A program made the translations under genes and the position numbers. The notes below the pieces were generated by a model that saw only the letters and a list, made by a program, of their open reading frames with translations, was not told the origin of the DNA and ran no database searches. A stretch of DNA of 64,000 nucleotides, taken from positions 19,146,153 through 19,210,152 of the forward strand of contig NC_057739.1 in assembly GCF_004010195.1 (NCBI RefSeq), given 5' to 3'. This DNA comes from Chiloscyllium plagiosum. Lineage: Eukaryota. Positions within the stretch are counted from its first letter, which is position 1. Every line of letters begins with the position of its first letter. Positions 52,066 to 64,000 of the stretch are shown here, piece by piece.

Positions 52066-53784
52066 TAGTTTCATATTGTTGCTGCAATAGTATATTTATT
52101 GTAAATCTTGGGGGGGGAGGGGGCGTGGGGGTAGGGTTCAGTTAGCTCAGTTGGCTGGACAGCTGGTTTGCTGCCTATCAAGCTGTTTCAAGGTGTCTGC
52201 CTTGTGTTACAAAATATCTGACAAGCTCGATGTTGGAATCTACCACACTTTAGCAATATCAGTTTGTTGCTTCATGCCTTTTTCCACTTATGAATCAACT
52301 TTACCTTTTCTCTAATCAACAACAGTTTTCGCTTTCACACAGGTTTAGTCATATTCACAGACTTTGTACTTTTTCTGACAGGAAGATCTCAATGTTAAAT
52401 GAAAGCTCCCTCACAGTTCCTTGACTTCACACTCTTGTGTGGCCGAACTACATTCCAATTGGTGACACAACCATATGAAAAAGTTAAATAAATTAAACTA
52501 ATATGGAGTAATCCAGAGTTATCAGTTTAGAATTTCAATTTGTTGCTGACATCATTCTATTAGATTTGTTATTCTATCTATGGAATAGGCTGATTATTTT
52601 AACACAACTGGGACTGACCAAATTTGCGATTTCACTGAAGTTATAGATCTTGGTGTCAACAAATTTTCAACTGTTGTGAGAAACTTGCTTCACCCTCCTG
52701 ACAAATATTGTTCAGAGCAAAAATCCCAGGGCTGCTGTATAATTCAGCTGACAACACCACTTCTGCCAGCTAGTTACCTCCTGGGTAAGCCCTACCTACT
52801 TAGTTGGTCGCCTTCCTACCTTTAAGCTGCTAAACCCCAGGTTCAAATCTTACACCAGGACTTGTTGGCCATGGAAAGAATGTTTTCAATGGTTCAAAGT
52901 AATCAGCCCACAAATCTATTCTCTCAAAAGGAGAAAAATATAGAAAGGTATAACAGTCTGTCTTGTCTTTTATTCTCAAAGCTATCCAGCCATTTCACAT
53001 AAACTTTTTCTGTTTAAAGAAGCAGCCTGCGTTTAATGATTCTATCACCTTTTCAAAGATTTTGAACTGTTTATTGCTTTCAATATTGGTTAGTTGGTAT
53101 GTTCCAATACTTGATGTGTGGGAAAATCTTGCAGGACTGTTTTAAAAATATATATTTAGAAAGCACTTTATGAAATAACACCAACAAGAATAAAAGCCAG
53201 CCAACAGTTCACTCTGATTGCTACGCCTATCTTTCGGGTTCCTGCAGCTGTAGGTCAAATATGTGGAGATAAGTATGACCAAAGGTTCCGATCTGACAGC
53301 AGCTTCTGGCACTGCTGGTTCCCACAATGATAATGGACAGCTTTTACATCACGTTATACAAATAACTTAAGCAAAATGAGACACCATAATTTTCAAGTCA
53401 TGATTATTTCATGTACTCCTTTCACAATTAATCTTCAAATTACAGGGTATTGTACATTAGTGTGCACAGATTGATGCTTTGGACAAATGCCTTATCGCCC
53501 CACAGGATCTGACCACTTTCAGTATGAAACACAAAGCTGTATCTCAGTAAAATCCAGTGCATTAGATTATATAAAATTGTGGAACACTCTTTTTGCTATA
53601 AACCTAGTGTTACTGAATTGGATCATAACAGCTTGTACAAATAAGAGCAACACATTACCAAAGGATAATTCAGGCTGGTGTATATAGATTGCAAAATCTA
53701 ATAGTTTAGGATAAAGTGAAATAGAAAAAGAGAGTTGTTGGGAATCTCCAAAAAGGATTTCATATTTAAAGTCTGAAATACAGC

Positions 53785-54187
53785 ATCCACTCCCTCCACC
53801 ACTGACACCCAGTTGCAGCAGTGTGTACTATCTACCAGATGCACCATAGAAATTCACCAAAGATCTTCAGATTGCACCTTCCAAACCCACAACCACTTCC
53901 ATCTAGAAGGAGCAGGGTAGCAGATACATGGGAACACCACCACCTTCAAGTTCCCCTCCAAGCCACACACCATCCTGATTCAGAAATTTATGGCTGTTCC
54001 TTCAATGTCAATGGATCAAAATCCGGGAATTCCCTCCCTAATGGCATTGTGGGTTGACTCCCAGCAGGTGGACTGCAGCAGTTCAAGAAGCAACTCACCA
54101 CCACCTTTTCAAGAGCAATTAGGGTCAGGCATAAATGCTGGCCTGCCAGCGACACCCACATCCCACAAATGAATAAAGGAAAAAAAG
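53785..54187 (+). mobile_element. 3' end of L2/CR1-group LINE (family B, partner of SINE B)
   Basis: Peptide CTIYQMH...SFNVNGSKSGNSLP; tail GCAATTAGGG...ATAAATGCTGGCCTGCCAGCGACACCCACATCCCA...AATAAA plus A-run. Confidence 0.8.
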
Positions 54188-54902
54188 CAATGCAAGTCCT
54201 GTATTTTAAAACATAGGTAGCTGCTAATTGCTATATTGATATAATATTAAGACTATTATAATATTATGACTATATAATAAAGTAATATATTTTCCATTGC
54301 AAATAATATCAATAACTCCCTAAAACATTCAATTGGCAATAATGTTGTCACTTCTTTGAATTTGTGTACACTTAATTAACAGCTCTATGTTTGCAAGGAG
54401 AGCTGAAAGCAGTCCATAGTCCCTGATCACAGTAGCGCAGAGGATGCAAAATATGATACTTCAGCTTCTACAATCAGAGTAGACTCACTGTGAAACATCC
54501 AAGTCCCTGAGAGAAGGCAGCCGGCCAATGCTTTGATTGGCCACATGCAGAATGCAATAGACAGTGTTTGTTTTCCCTAGGGAAATGTACGTTTTTAAAA
54601 ATGAAATGGTGGATTTAACTAATAGAAACTGCACGTAAACCAGAAAATCAGCTTCCAACACCAAAACTGTCCATATTCAACAATACAAATTAAAATTTGG
54701 TGACATAATACATAAACTTGTTACAAGAGAAAATTTGTTTTACAAATTCAAATTGAAAACACAACAGCATTCCTTGATTAATTTCATGATGTAAACTGAC
54801 TATTTTCAGAAAGATTCTTTGTCCAATGCAGGTAGTTACTCAAATGGTTATTTTTTAACACAGGATTCGCATAGGTGTTGAGAAGAAAGGCAACAACTGA
54901 AT

Positions 54903-55213
54903 AGTGGCTCAGTGGTTAGTGCTGCTGTCACACAGCGCCAGAGACCCAGGTTTGATTCCAGCCTTGAGTGACTATCTGTGTGGAGTTTGCACATTCTCAT
55001 GTCTCTGTGGGTTTCCTCTGGGTGCTCCAGTTGCCTCCTGCAGACCGAAGATGTGCTGGTTAAGTGGATTGGCAATGCTAAACTGCCCATAGTGTCCAGG
55101 GATGTGCAGCCAAGGAAATGCATAGTTACAGTGTTTGAGTCGGATGCTGTTTGGAGGGTGGTGTGAATTTCTATTGGCTGAATAACCTGCTCCTACACTG
55201 TAGGGATTCTATG
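54903..55213 (+). mobile_element. HE1-type V-SINE
   Basis: GTGGCTCAGTGGTTAG...CACAGCGCCAGAGACCCAGGTTTGATTCC, V-domain, tail ACACTGTAGGGATTCTATG. Confidence 0.88.
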
Positions 55214-55489
55214 CTGTTCACTACACTGTCTGGAACCTTTTCACAACAAATTCTTCAATGCCCCGCCACCTAAAATGTGATAGACCTGCACAGTATTGCT
55301 GCTTAAGAGGTTCATCTTAGTTCGTGAAGATACCAAAGCCGCAATTGTTTCAGGCTTTTTGACTCCCATAGTTTAACTAGAAGTTTATCCCACACTGTAA
55401 TCACTTTATGCACAAAGCAATTTCCTGATTTCCATCCTACAACTGGTATTTAACTTTTTAATTTTACGTTATACTTTTCATTGGCCTCA

Positions 55490-55790
55490 TGATATCCTAA
55501 AGCACTGAACAGCCATTTCAGTGCATCTTTTAATGTAGCTACAATTGTAATGTAGGCAAATGCAACAATCACTTTGTAGGCACAGATTATTGATGGCTAG
55601 AACACCAGGATAGCACTACTGCTCTACTCTAAATAGTGTGATAGGATTTTTCAAGTCCAGTGGTCAGGGCACATTACAAGCTCTCATCCAAAAGATAGCA
55701 TTACTGTCAATGTATGTTCAAGTGCCTGAAAGAAAGTTTGAAGCCATGACCTACGAACTCAAATATTATCACTGAAGCAAGACCACCACT
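55490..55790 (-). mobile_element. DeuSINE-like relic
   Basis: CTAAAGCACT..ACAGCCA...TTGTAATGTAGG...AACACCAGG...AATAGTG...CTCATCCAAAAGA. Confidence 0.45.
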
Positions 55791-56935
55791 TTATTTTTGA
55801 CTACTTAAACCTGACCCCTTAGACCTACTATTTCAGTCTAAATAGGTTATGTTCCAGATTAACACCGAGCATGTCGTGTGTGTACACGATTACCATCTAG
55901 GCAGCTTTCCAGGCTTGGGGTCCCAGTCTTTCCTTACAATGTTGACCTTTGACTCATGTCTCTTCACTGCATTGGCTTCAAAGAGTTGAGTTTACCTTGC
56001 ATTGCATGATCGTCGCTAAGTGACATATTCAAGATACAAGCTGATGAAGCCATTACACAGTTTGTTCATGACTGTCTCTGATGTACATTCTTAAAATGAT
56101 CATCTTAACCATGCAGGAGACATTTCAGTTCAACATTTTGCTGAACTATCTATCTATCAAAGTGATCAGGCACCTTTCTTCGGTGACCACCCGTGCATAA
56201 GTGTACTATTTCTTACTTGTATAATCTTCTTGTCACTTCTTGAGTGTGTCTACAGAAAAACAGTACATATATTTCAAAATGCCTGTGAGGTTTTGACTTT
56301 TCTTGAGGATCTAGAAAGCAAGATGAGTGAAACTTCTCTCAAAGTAAAAGCTACCCATTAATTTTTAAAAATTAAGCATTCAGGAAAAGAAGCTATAAAT
56401 TTGGTTTGCTGATTCATTGATAGGCTAACATTGTCTGTAGTCATGGCCAATTTCACAAAATTGTAAACAGCATAACATCACCTGAACGACCCAATATGGA
56501 TTTCTTTGTTTTGTGAAAGATGGGGGTTATTGTTGCAGTGGGTCAAAATGACATTTGCCCTTTTGGAACCATTTAACTTTATTCTGTGCTTCATGGGTCT
56601 CTGCTTTAATAGAAGCAGTTAGATATCCATCAAACTCCCTCTGCACGTCAGGCAACTAACCCTCGGAAGAGAAGGCAAATTAGGCAACAACTTCAGAGCA
56701 ATCAGCTGAGATCATAAAATAATAAAGCAAGAAAATTGAAATAAAAACAGGTGATGACGCGAATACAAAGCAAGCTCTGAAAATGCCATTAGTTCTGTCA
56801 AGAGGTTGTAACCAGAAACACTAACTAGTCCTTTCTCTGTTGTGATGCTCATTCTCTTCTTGAAATGAAAGATTAACTGAATTTTTTAGCAACCTTTTCT
56901 AGTAAGGCTTTTTGCATCACATTATAGAAATTTAT

Positions 56936-56976
56936 GTATTTTATGTACATAACATCAGTATTTTATGTACATAACA
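56936..56976 (+). repeat. 19-bp near-tandem duplication (period 22)
   Basis: GTATTTTATGTACATAACA twice. Confidence 0.9.
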
Positions 56977-57509
56977 ATATCAAGGCTTTGTGCATGTACA
57001 GTTTAGTAAATAATGCATCACAGTTGAAGAGAAGGCGACAGAATATTATATCACCAGAGAGGATCTTTGGAAAATTTGATGGAGGAGGCATTAACAGTTG
57101 CAAAAATGCAGCAGAATATATTAAACAGTTTGCATTCCTGCTAAATGAATTCTGGTCATTTTTTTCGAAGAAGTTTGACAGCTAAAGCAAATAATTTTAT
57201 AATTGTACAACAGCTACAAAGATGGTGTCACAAACCAGAAGCTTTTTTTATATATCGCGCTCTCCTAATCATTTCACCTGATGGTGACCTTAGATATCCC
57301 GTTTTTTTTTAAGAGGAGTGAAAGAAGATGAAGCAAAAGTACTTGGCATTCTAAAGAAAAAGCCAAGAAAATTCAGAACAAATGCGAAAAGGAAGGCTGG
57401 ACAGCAGTATAAGGATAAAGGTAAAACAGAAAGGTTAGTCTTGATAACAGGACCAGCGTCTCCACTGCTTCACCTGGCCTGCAGTTCAAGATTGTCAGCA
57501 AGAGAGCGA

Positions 57510-57765
57510 GGAGTGAGGTGAAGAGAATCCTCCTTACTCAGAGCATTGTTTGGATTTGGAAAGCACTTTCTGGGAGAACAGTGGAGATAGGTTCCATAGG
57601 AGGTTTCAAAAGAGAGCAGGAAACATATTTGAAAGAGATGAAGTTAGAGGGCTATGGAGATAGAGCTGCAGAGTGGGATGAGCTGGGTAGCTGTTTCAGG
57701 TGCCATAACAAACAAAATGGGTCAAATGGCCTCCTTGTTTTTGTAAAATGCTATGACTCCATGAT
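57510..57765 (+). mobile_element. Old CR1 3' end
   Basis: TQSIVWIWKAL...GGFKRE...LEGYG; GGGTCAAATGGCCTCCT...CTATGACTCCATGA. Confidence 0.75.
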
Positions 57766-59835
57766 TATCTCAGATCTGTCAATGCTGGACAACAAGAGAA
57801 ATGAGACTTTTTATATCATTATCTCACTGACTGTCGGATACTTATAACTAAAAATAGGTTTTCATGGACAAATGTCTTCTAATGTTAGGAAACCTTCAAT
57901 GCAACTGTTTTTATAAATGCAACATCCTTTCCTCAATTTTCCTCCATCTTTAGCTGTTCAAAATTGAGAATGTTAAAACCTTCCTGAATTTATAGTCAAA
58001 TCCATTGAGTTCAGTTACCCTTATCCATTAACTCAGGCACAATAGCCTACCTGCAGCAAGTACAAATACTTTCCAGAATACAACACAACAATACAGCTGG
58101 GAGTGTCCCCAGGGTTAAATATCAGGGTCAACAAACATGAGCTCAGGTAACAAGGTTCACCTGAAATCCTGCCTGTTTGTTTTAGACTCCTGCATTCAAA
58201 TGTTTACCTTCTATACTACTGACTGAACACGAAAACATTATTTAGATTATTAAATAGGTCTCAAGGCTCAACATTCAGCAGAAAAAAGATTATATTACAA
58301 TTTGAAGCAAAATTATTACGAATGTCTGAAAGGAAAATATGTCTTTTTTTTGCTATTTCCTGTTTTCCAATCTAATGTTCCTCCCACAACCGCGCCCCCT
58401 CCCCACGAAGTTGGCTTTTGTTAGAGTCTAGCTCAATGAGTACAGCAACCCTCGTACCTTGGCGAAATGTTCATTCCTTTTGCGTGCAGCTAGACAGTGA
58501 AATTTAGTAAGCAGTTTTGCCATAATTACCTCATGGCTGAGCCTGAGGATTCAGCTTCTTATCATCCATCAGAATTCATTTTTAGGATCCCTCTCTCGGG
58601 GCATTGCAATCAATTGTAGAGTCCTGAGTATAGGATGACTTGAGAAGGGCTTCTTTCAAGCCTAAAATGTCTACTGTGCCCTATCATTGAGTTACTAATC
58701 CCTATTTCGGGACAATGTTTAACTTCAACTTTAGTACAGGCATTTCTAACTAGATATTAGCTTTTCATCATTTTTAAGTAGATTAACAACGTTATTAAAT
58801 TAACAATTTTTAAAAAAAATCATACAACAGTGAGTGTATGTGGGGTGATGACATCCCTCAAACAAAATCATTAGATATCCAGTGAGAAAATTTAAGGTCA
58901 AATTTTAGTTTCGATTAATATTCAAACTGGATATGATGAATGCAGCTTCCTGATTTTGGCCCAGAGAAATGTCCGACCTGAAAAGTCCTGACATTTCTTG
59001 TCCAGGTTGTCAGTTCAGAATTTCTTTCAGTGTCAGGCCAACAATTGCCCAAGCATTTTGCTTCAACTGAGCAATCGGCAGTATCAGTGGTGCCACTCAC
59101 TCTGTCTGAGCAAGTGCAGAATTCCCAGTACGTCACTTAGCCAGTTAACCAGACTCTAGATCTAAGCATGTGGGTGCAGTCAAAATTATTTGCTTGACAT
59201 TTGCAGCAAATTATTACCAGCTGCCATGAATGGAGGAAGTAAAACAAAAAGGGACTATTTCCAAGGCAAGCAGTTCAACCACAGCCTCAGAGCATTGACA
59301 GAAATTCCTTCAGAATTGCACACTTCTCCAAACAGTGAAAGCAATTCATTTTTCTCGATTTTCTTCTCACCTTCTCTTCTCCTGAATCCAGTGACTATTT
59401 GCTGGTTGCCCTGTTGTACCTCAGCCAAGTATTCTCATGCAAGAGCTTGACCAGTTCGTGTCCACAGTTCACAGGAATAGTTGTAACATGCATTATTCTG
59501 TGCAGGCCGGATATCCACATGCATTACTAGCAAGTTTTACACATTAGCCATCAGAAGTGAAGCCCTGAGACAATTTCCTTCTCTCGCCCCCAATGGTTGT
59601 CAGTGTTACGTAACTCATAATCTCCAGTCTGGCTGAGGTCAGCTAATTTATTGGAGCTGTAGATCCCAGCTCAGTTTCCACAGTGTTCAATATAAGAACC
59701 GGTGAATGGAACTGTAAGTTCTTCAGTTTCTTCTATATGAGGACCAGGGTGTGTAGAATTATAGTTATTTCTTTGTAATGTTCAGGATAACATTTTGTAT
59801 CTCTCAAAATTACTTGCATATCTGACAGTCAGTTG

Positions 59836-60592
59836 GAGTTATAGAATCATAAAGATGTACAACACAGAAACAGACCCTTCGATCCAAACACGTCCATTCT
59901 GACCAGATATCCTAAATTAATCTAGGCCTATTTGCCAGCACTTGGCCCAGATCCCTCTAAATCCTTCCTATTCATAGACCCATCCAGGTGCCTCTTAAAT
60001 GTAACAATTGTACCAGCCTCCAACACTTCCTCTGGCATTTCATTCCATACACATACCACCCCCGAGTGAAAACGTTGCCCCTTAGGTCCTTTTTAAATCT
60101 TTCCCCTCTTACCTTAAACCTATGTATGCTAGTTTTGGACTCCCCCACTCCAGTGAAAAGACCTTATCTATTTACCCTTTCCATACACTTCATGATTTTG
60201 TAAACCTCTATAAGGTCACCCCTCAGCTTCTGACCCTCCAGGGAAAACAGTCCCGCCCAATTCAGCCTCTCCCAATAGCCCAAACCCTTAAACCTTGGCA
60301 ACCTCCTTGTAAATCTTTTCAAATTTTTCTGAACCCTTTCAAGTTTCACAACACCCTTCCAATAGGAAGGAGAGCAGAACTGCATGCAATATTCCAATAT
60401 TGCAATATTCCAAAAGTCCTGCAGAGCCACAATATGACCTCCCGACTCCTATACTCAATGCACTGACCAATAAAGACAAGTATACCAAACACTTCTTCAC
60501 TATCCTATCTAACTACAATTCCACCTTCAAGGAAATATGAACCTGCACCCCAAGGTCTCTTTGTTCAGCAACACTTCCCAGGAACTTACCAT
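59836..60592 (-). mobile_element. CR1 (HER1-like) 3' fragment
   Basis: LEYCMQFCSPSYWKGVVKLERVQK...LRGDLIEVYKIM and 3' tail. Confidence 0.93.
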
Positions 60593-61428
60593 TTGTCCTC
60601 CAGTTGTTAATGGAAATTCTATAGCAGTGTTACAGTACTCAAAAAATGTCAAAATTGTTCCATATTCTGCCTCCTCAGTGACCAGAATTTTAGTCTCACA
60701 TTTCATAAAATTACAGCACAAAAAGACACAATTTTCCCCAATTGGTCAAGGTTGATGGTATAAAAGTTAAAATCCATAACTTCCTGATTCGAGGCAAAAC
60801 TGCTACCAACTGACACTGTCAACCTTTTTTTCTTTATGTAATCTTTTCTCTCAGTAACTCAACATTTTTTAAAATTGGCTTCTTTGTTTCTTGTTTTAAA
60901 TGCAACTTATCGGAACTGCAGAAAAATGATAGAAATGGTCAGCACAGTTTGGCGATAAGTTCACTAAAAAGTTGCAGTTCCATGTTATTTTCATCATCTT
61001 GATGAAAACCTATTCCATATGAAGTTCACTGCGTTTTTTCTATTTTCTGCTCAAATTCTTATATCATTTACAATTAAATATTCTATTTTTCCTCCTTTAT
61101 TTTGTAAGATACTATAACACAACTCCAAATAGAATTTAAATATTCAATTAATCTTGAAAGCCACTAAGACTGAAAATTAAATAAGTGAAAGTCAACTAAG
61201 AGAACCTTGTGTCTGTCATTCCTAAAATATATTCTATTTGTCTGGGACTGGCTGGTGACATAAATATGGAGAGTTTGATTAATTTCAGGGCCAAGATAAT
61301 TTGACAGTGACACATTATATTAAAATCCTTTCCGATGCAATGTATTGTAACATTGGCTCAGCTTTTGACATCAAATTCTCTTGTATAATTGATAGGGTAT
61401 GGCACTCTCTAATGATTGCCATAGAAAT

Positions 61429-62333
61429 GGGACAGCAATGTGGTTCAGTGGTTAGCCCTGCTACCTCACAGTGCCAGACACTTCTCGGGAAACTCACTGT
61501 GTGGAATTTCCCTGTTCTCCTGTGTCTGCATGGGTTTCCTCCCACAGTCCAAAGATGCACAGATTAGTGGATTGGCCATGCTAAATTATCCATTTTTTTT
61601 TATTTGTGGGACGTGGGCATCACTGGGTAGCCAACGTTTACTGACCATCCCTAGTTGCTCTTCAGAAGCTGGTGGTGAGCTGCCCTCTTGAACATTGCAG
61701 TCCACGTGTTGTGGGTTGACCCACAATGCCATTTGGGATGGAATTCCAAGATTTTGACCCAACAACAGAGAAGGAACAGTGATATATTTCCAAATCAGGA
61801 TGTTTAGTGGCTTGTAGGGGAACTTGCAGGTGGTGGTGTTCCCATATATTTGCTGCCCTTGTCTTTCTAGATGGAAGTGGTCGTAGGTTTGGAAGGTGCT
61901 GTCTGAGGATCTTTTGTAAATTTCTGCATCTTGTAGTTAGAACACACTGCTGCTACTGAGCATCAGTCGTGGAGGGAGTGGATGCATGTGGATGTAGTGC
62001 CATTCAAGCAGGCTGTTTTGTCATGGATGGTGTCAAGCTTCTTGAGTGTTGTTGGGGCTGTACTTATCCAAGCAAGTGGAGAGTATTCTGTTACACTCCT
62101 GACTTGTGCCTTGTAGACGGTGGACAGGCTTTGGGGAGTCGGGAATGTGTTATTCAGCCACAGTATTCTTAACCTCTGACCTGCTCTTGTAGCTACTAAA
62201 GTGCAGGCTAGGCCAGTAGCCTTAGGAAATACAGGGATAGGGTAGGTGGATGGGTCTGGGTGGGAAGATCTTCAAAGGTCGGTGTAGACTTGATGGGCTG
62301 ATGGTCTGTTTCCACACTGTAGGGATTCTGTGA
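61429..62333 (+). mobile_element. HE1-type SINE split in two (61429-61592 and 62198-62333)
   Basis: Head and V-domain end at GGCCATGCTAAATTATCCA; the tail resumes GTGCAGGCTAGG...GGTCTGGGTGGG...ACACTGTAGGGATTCT. Confidence 0.8.
61593..62196 (-). mobile_element. Family-B LINE 3' fragment nested in the HE1 SINE
   Basis: Poly-T followed by the reverse complement of 53785-54187, extending further 5'. Confidence 0.85.
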
Positions 62334-62575
62334 AATAAGGTATTGATGTAACTGTTCTCATTCTGCAGTTTGCACATAATCCAAAAGCTCTGTTAACAAC
62401 TTTTGTATTCACAGACTTTTATGATCATTAATAAATCATCCTAAATTTTTAAGAAGCATTTGGCCAAAAGGCCAGTTTATTTAATACTCAAATTGAAAGA
62501 GCTGCAAGTACAAGATGTGGTTTGGTTTATTATGTATGGCAAAAGAAACCAGACCCATGCTTGCAAAGACATCAA

Positions 62576-62852
62576 GGGCAGCATGGTGGCTCAGGGCTGC
62601 TGTCTGTGTGGAGTTTGCACATTCCCCATGTGTGTCTGCGTGGGTTTCCTCCGGGTGCTCCGGTTTCCTCCCACAATCCAAAGATGTGCAGGTCAGGTGA
62701 ATTGGCCATGCTAAATTGCCCATAACCTTAGGTGCATTAGTCAGGGGTAAATATAGGGTGGGGAAATGGGTCTGGATGGGTAACTCTTCGGAGGGTCGGT
62801 GTGGACTTCTTGGGCTGAAGGGCCAGTTTCCATTCTGTAGGGAATCTAACCT
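62576..62852 (+). mobile_element. HE1-type V-SINE with deletion in the tRNA head
   Basis: GGGCAGCATGGTGGCTCAG joined directly to an intact V-domain; tail present. Confidence 0.88.
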
Positions 62853-62929
62853 AAAAAAAAACTGATTGCAAGTTCAATGCAGTTAGATTCAGTAAGATAG
62901 TGATCATGTTATGACGCTAAAAATCTAAA

Positions 62930-63170
62930 GGCCAGGATCTGAAGATTTGTGATTCATGTCCTACTCAGTGCAATTTCTGAATTTGACTTCATTCAGTTAA
63001 ATAGATTTGGAATAAATTGCCATTAGCAGTAATGACAACTATGAGGTTATTGGATTGTCGTAGAAGTCCAACAGGTTAATGTCTTTTCTGGAAGTGACCT
63101 TGCTGCCCTTCCCTGATTTCCAAGCATGTGACAACTGTTGGTTTTTTTAACCACTGTCTGAAATGACTAA
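62930..63170 (+). mobile_element. Very decayed family-B SINE
   Basis: GAATTTGACTTCA...GTAATGACAACTATGA...GGATTGTCGTA...TAATGTCTTT. Confidence 0.45.
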
Positions 63171-63489
63171 GCATATTAAACATAATTTTCAAACTGCTGC
63201 ACCAAAAAGTCCAATATTAAACCAGGGTGGAACAGATTTGACATTTGATTTGGGCAAAGTATACACAGAAATGACCTCCTCACCGATATCTGGGTCACTT
63301 GGCCAAGGAATCTGGGAGAAAAGAAGTCAATGGGGATTAGGGGAATATTTACCACTGGTTGGAGTCAAACCAAATACAAAGGAAAGTGATGGAGATTCTT
63401 GCAGGTCAATTATCTCAGACATTGTTGCAGGAATTTATTACAGTAGAGGGATAGGCCCAACCATCTCACATGGAATTAAATAATATGCA

Positions 63490-63860
63490 CAGGATAGAAA
63501 ACGTCATTCAGTACAGCCATTCCTGATTAACGGCTTTTGCCCGAAATGTTGATTTTCCTGCTCCTTGGATGCTGCCTGACCTGCTGTGCTTTTCCAGCAC
63601 CACTCTAATCTTGATTCAGTACAACCCGTCCATGCCAGCATTTCTGCTTCTCTTAAAACTGGATTTTCCTTTTATAACTCTATTGGCATAACCCTCTATT
63701 CTCCTCTTCATCATATGCTTATCTAACCTCCCTTATATGCATTTATTCCATTCCCTTGAACCACTCATATGGTAAGTAATGAGCTCCACATTCTCACCAC
63801 TGGGTAAAGCAGATTTTTTCCAAATACCCTGTCTTATTTATTGGTGACTAGCTTCTGTTG
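63490..63860 (-). mobile_element. Old CR1 3' end hosting a PLE piece
   Basis: TTGAACCACTCATATGGTA...CCACATTCTCACCAC (antisense of VVRMWN-like segment). Confidence 0.55.
63519..63613 (+). mobile_element. 95-bp PLE terminal insertion with 13-bp TSD
   Basis: ATTCAGTACAGCC (63506-63518) and ATTCAGTACAACC (63614-63626) flank ATTCCTGAT...GCCCGAAATGTTG...CTTTTCCAGCACCAC. Confidence 0.85.
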
Positions 63861-63874
63861 ATGAGCCATAGTGC

Positions 63875-64000
63875 TGGGGTGGCACAGTGGCTCAGTGATT
63901 AGCACTGCTGCCTCACAGCACCAGAGAACTCAGGAAACTGTCTGTGTGGAGTTTGCCTGTTCTCCCTGTGTCTGTGCCAGATGCTCTGCTTTTCTCCCAT
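63875..64000 (+). mobile_element. HE1-type V-SINE 5' part (runs off the window)
   Basis: GGCACAGTGGCTCAGTGATTAGCACTGCTGCCTCACAGC...GTGTGGAGTTTGC. Confidence 0.85.

Noticed and set aside
58915-59450. Short ORFs in unique sequence (also 28135-28540, 46431-46817, 63163-63483)
   Set aside because: No recognisable domain, no consistent splice-site chain, lengths expected by chance.

Overview
Eukaryotic, repeat-rich, non-coding DNA (intergenic or deep intron), very probably from an elasmobranch (shark or ray). The evidence is HE1-type V-SINEs sharing their 3' tail with HER1-type CR1 LINEs. I cannot support any host protein-coding gene. Every ORF with a recognisable product is a broken retroelement piece: CR1 APE/RT, Penelope RT/GIY-YIG, an L2/CR1-group LINE C-terminus or a Tx1/L1-like zinc knuckle. 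The window holds about 15 CR1 fragments, 7 HE1-type SINEs, a second tRNA-SINE/LINE pair with a shared tail, DeuSINE-like relics, a probable solo LTR, a stack of Tx1-like 3' ends and a 500-N gap. It also has one long and many short Penelope-like (PLE) insertions carrying a minimal hammerhead-ribozyme motif. The most unusual structures are (i) a 275-bp, about 98% identical inverted repeat of apparently unique sequence (15896-16170 / 17133-17407) and (ii) a TSD-flanked PLE insertion that captured a foreign CR1 piece plus an inverted 61-bp copy of DNA 2.9 kb away. There is also a ~125-bp direct duplication near the start. Family names come from my recall of consensus motifs, not database searches. 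Boundaries of old elements are approximate.
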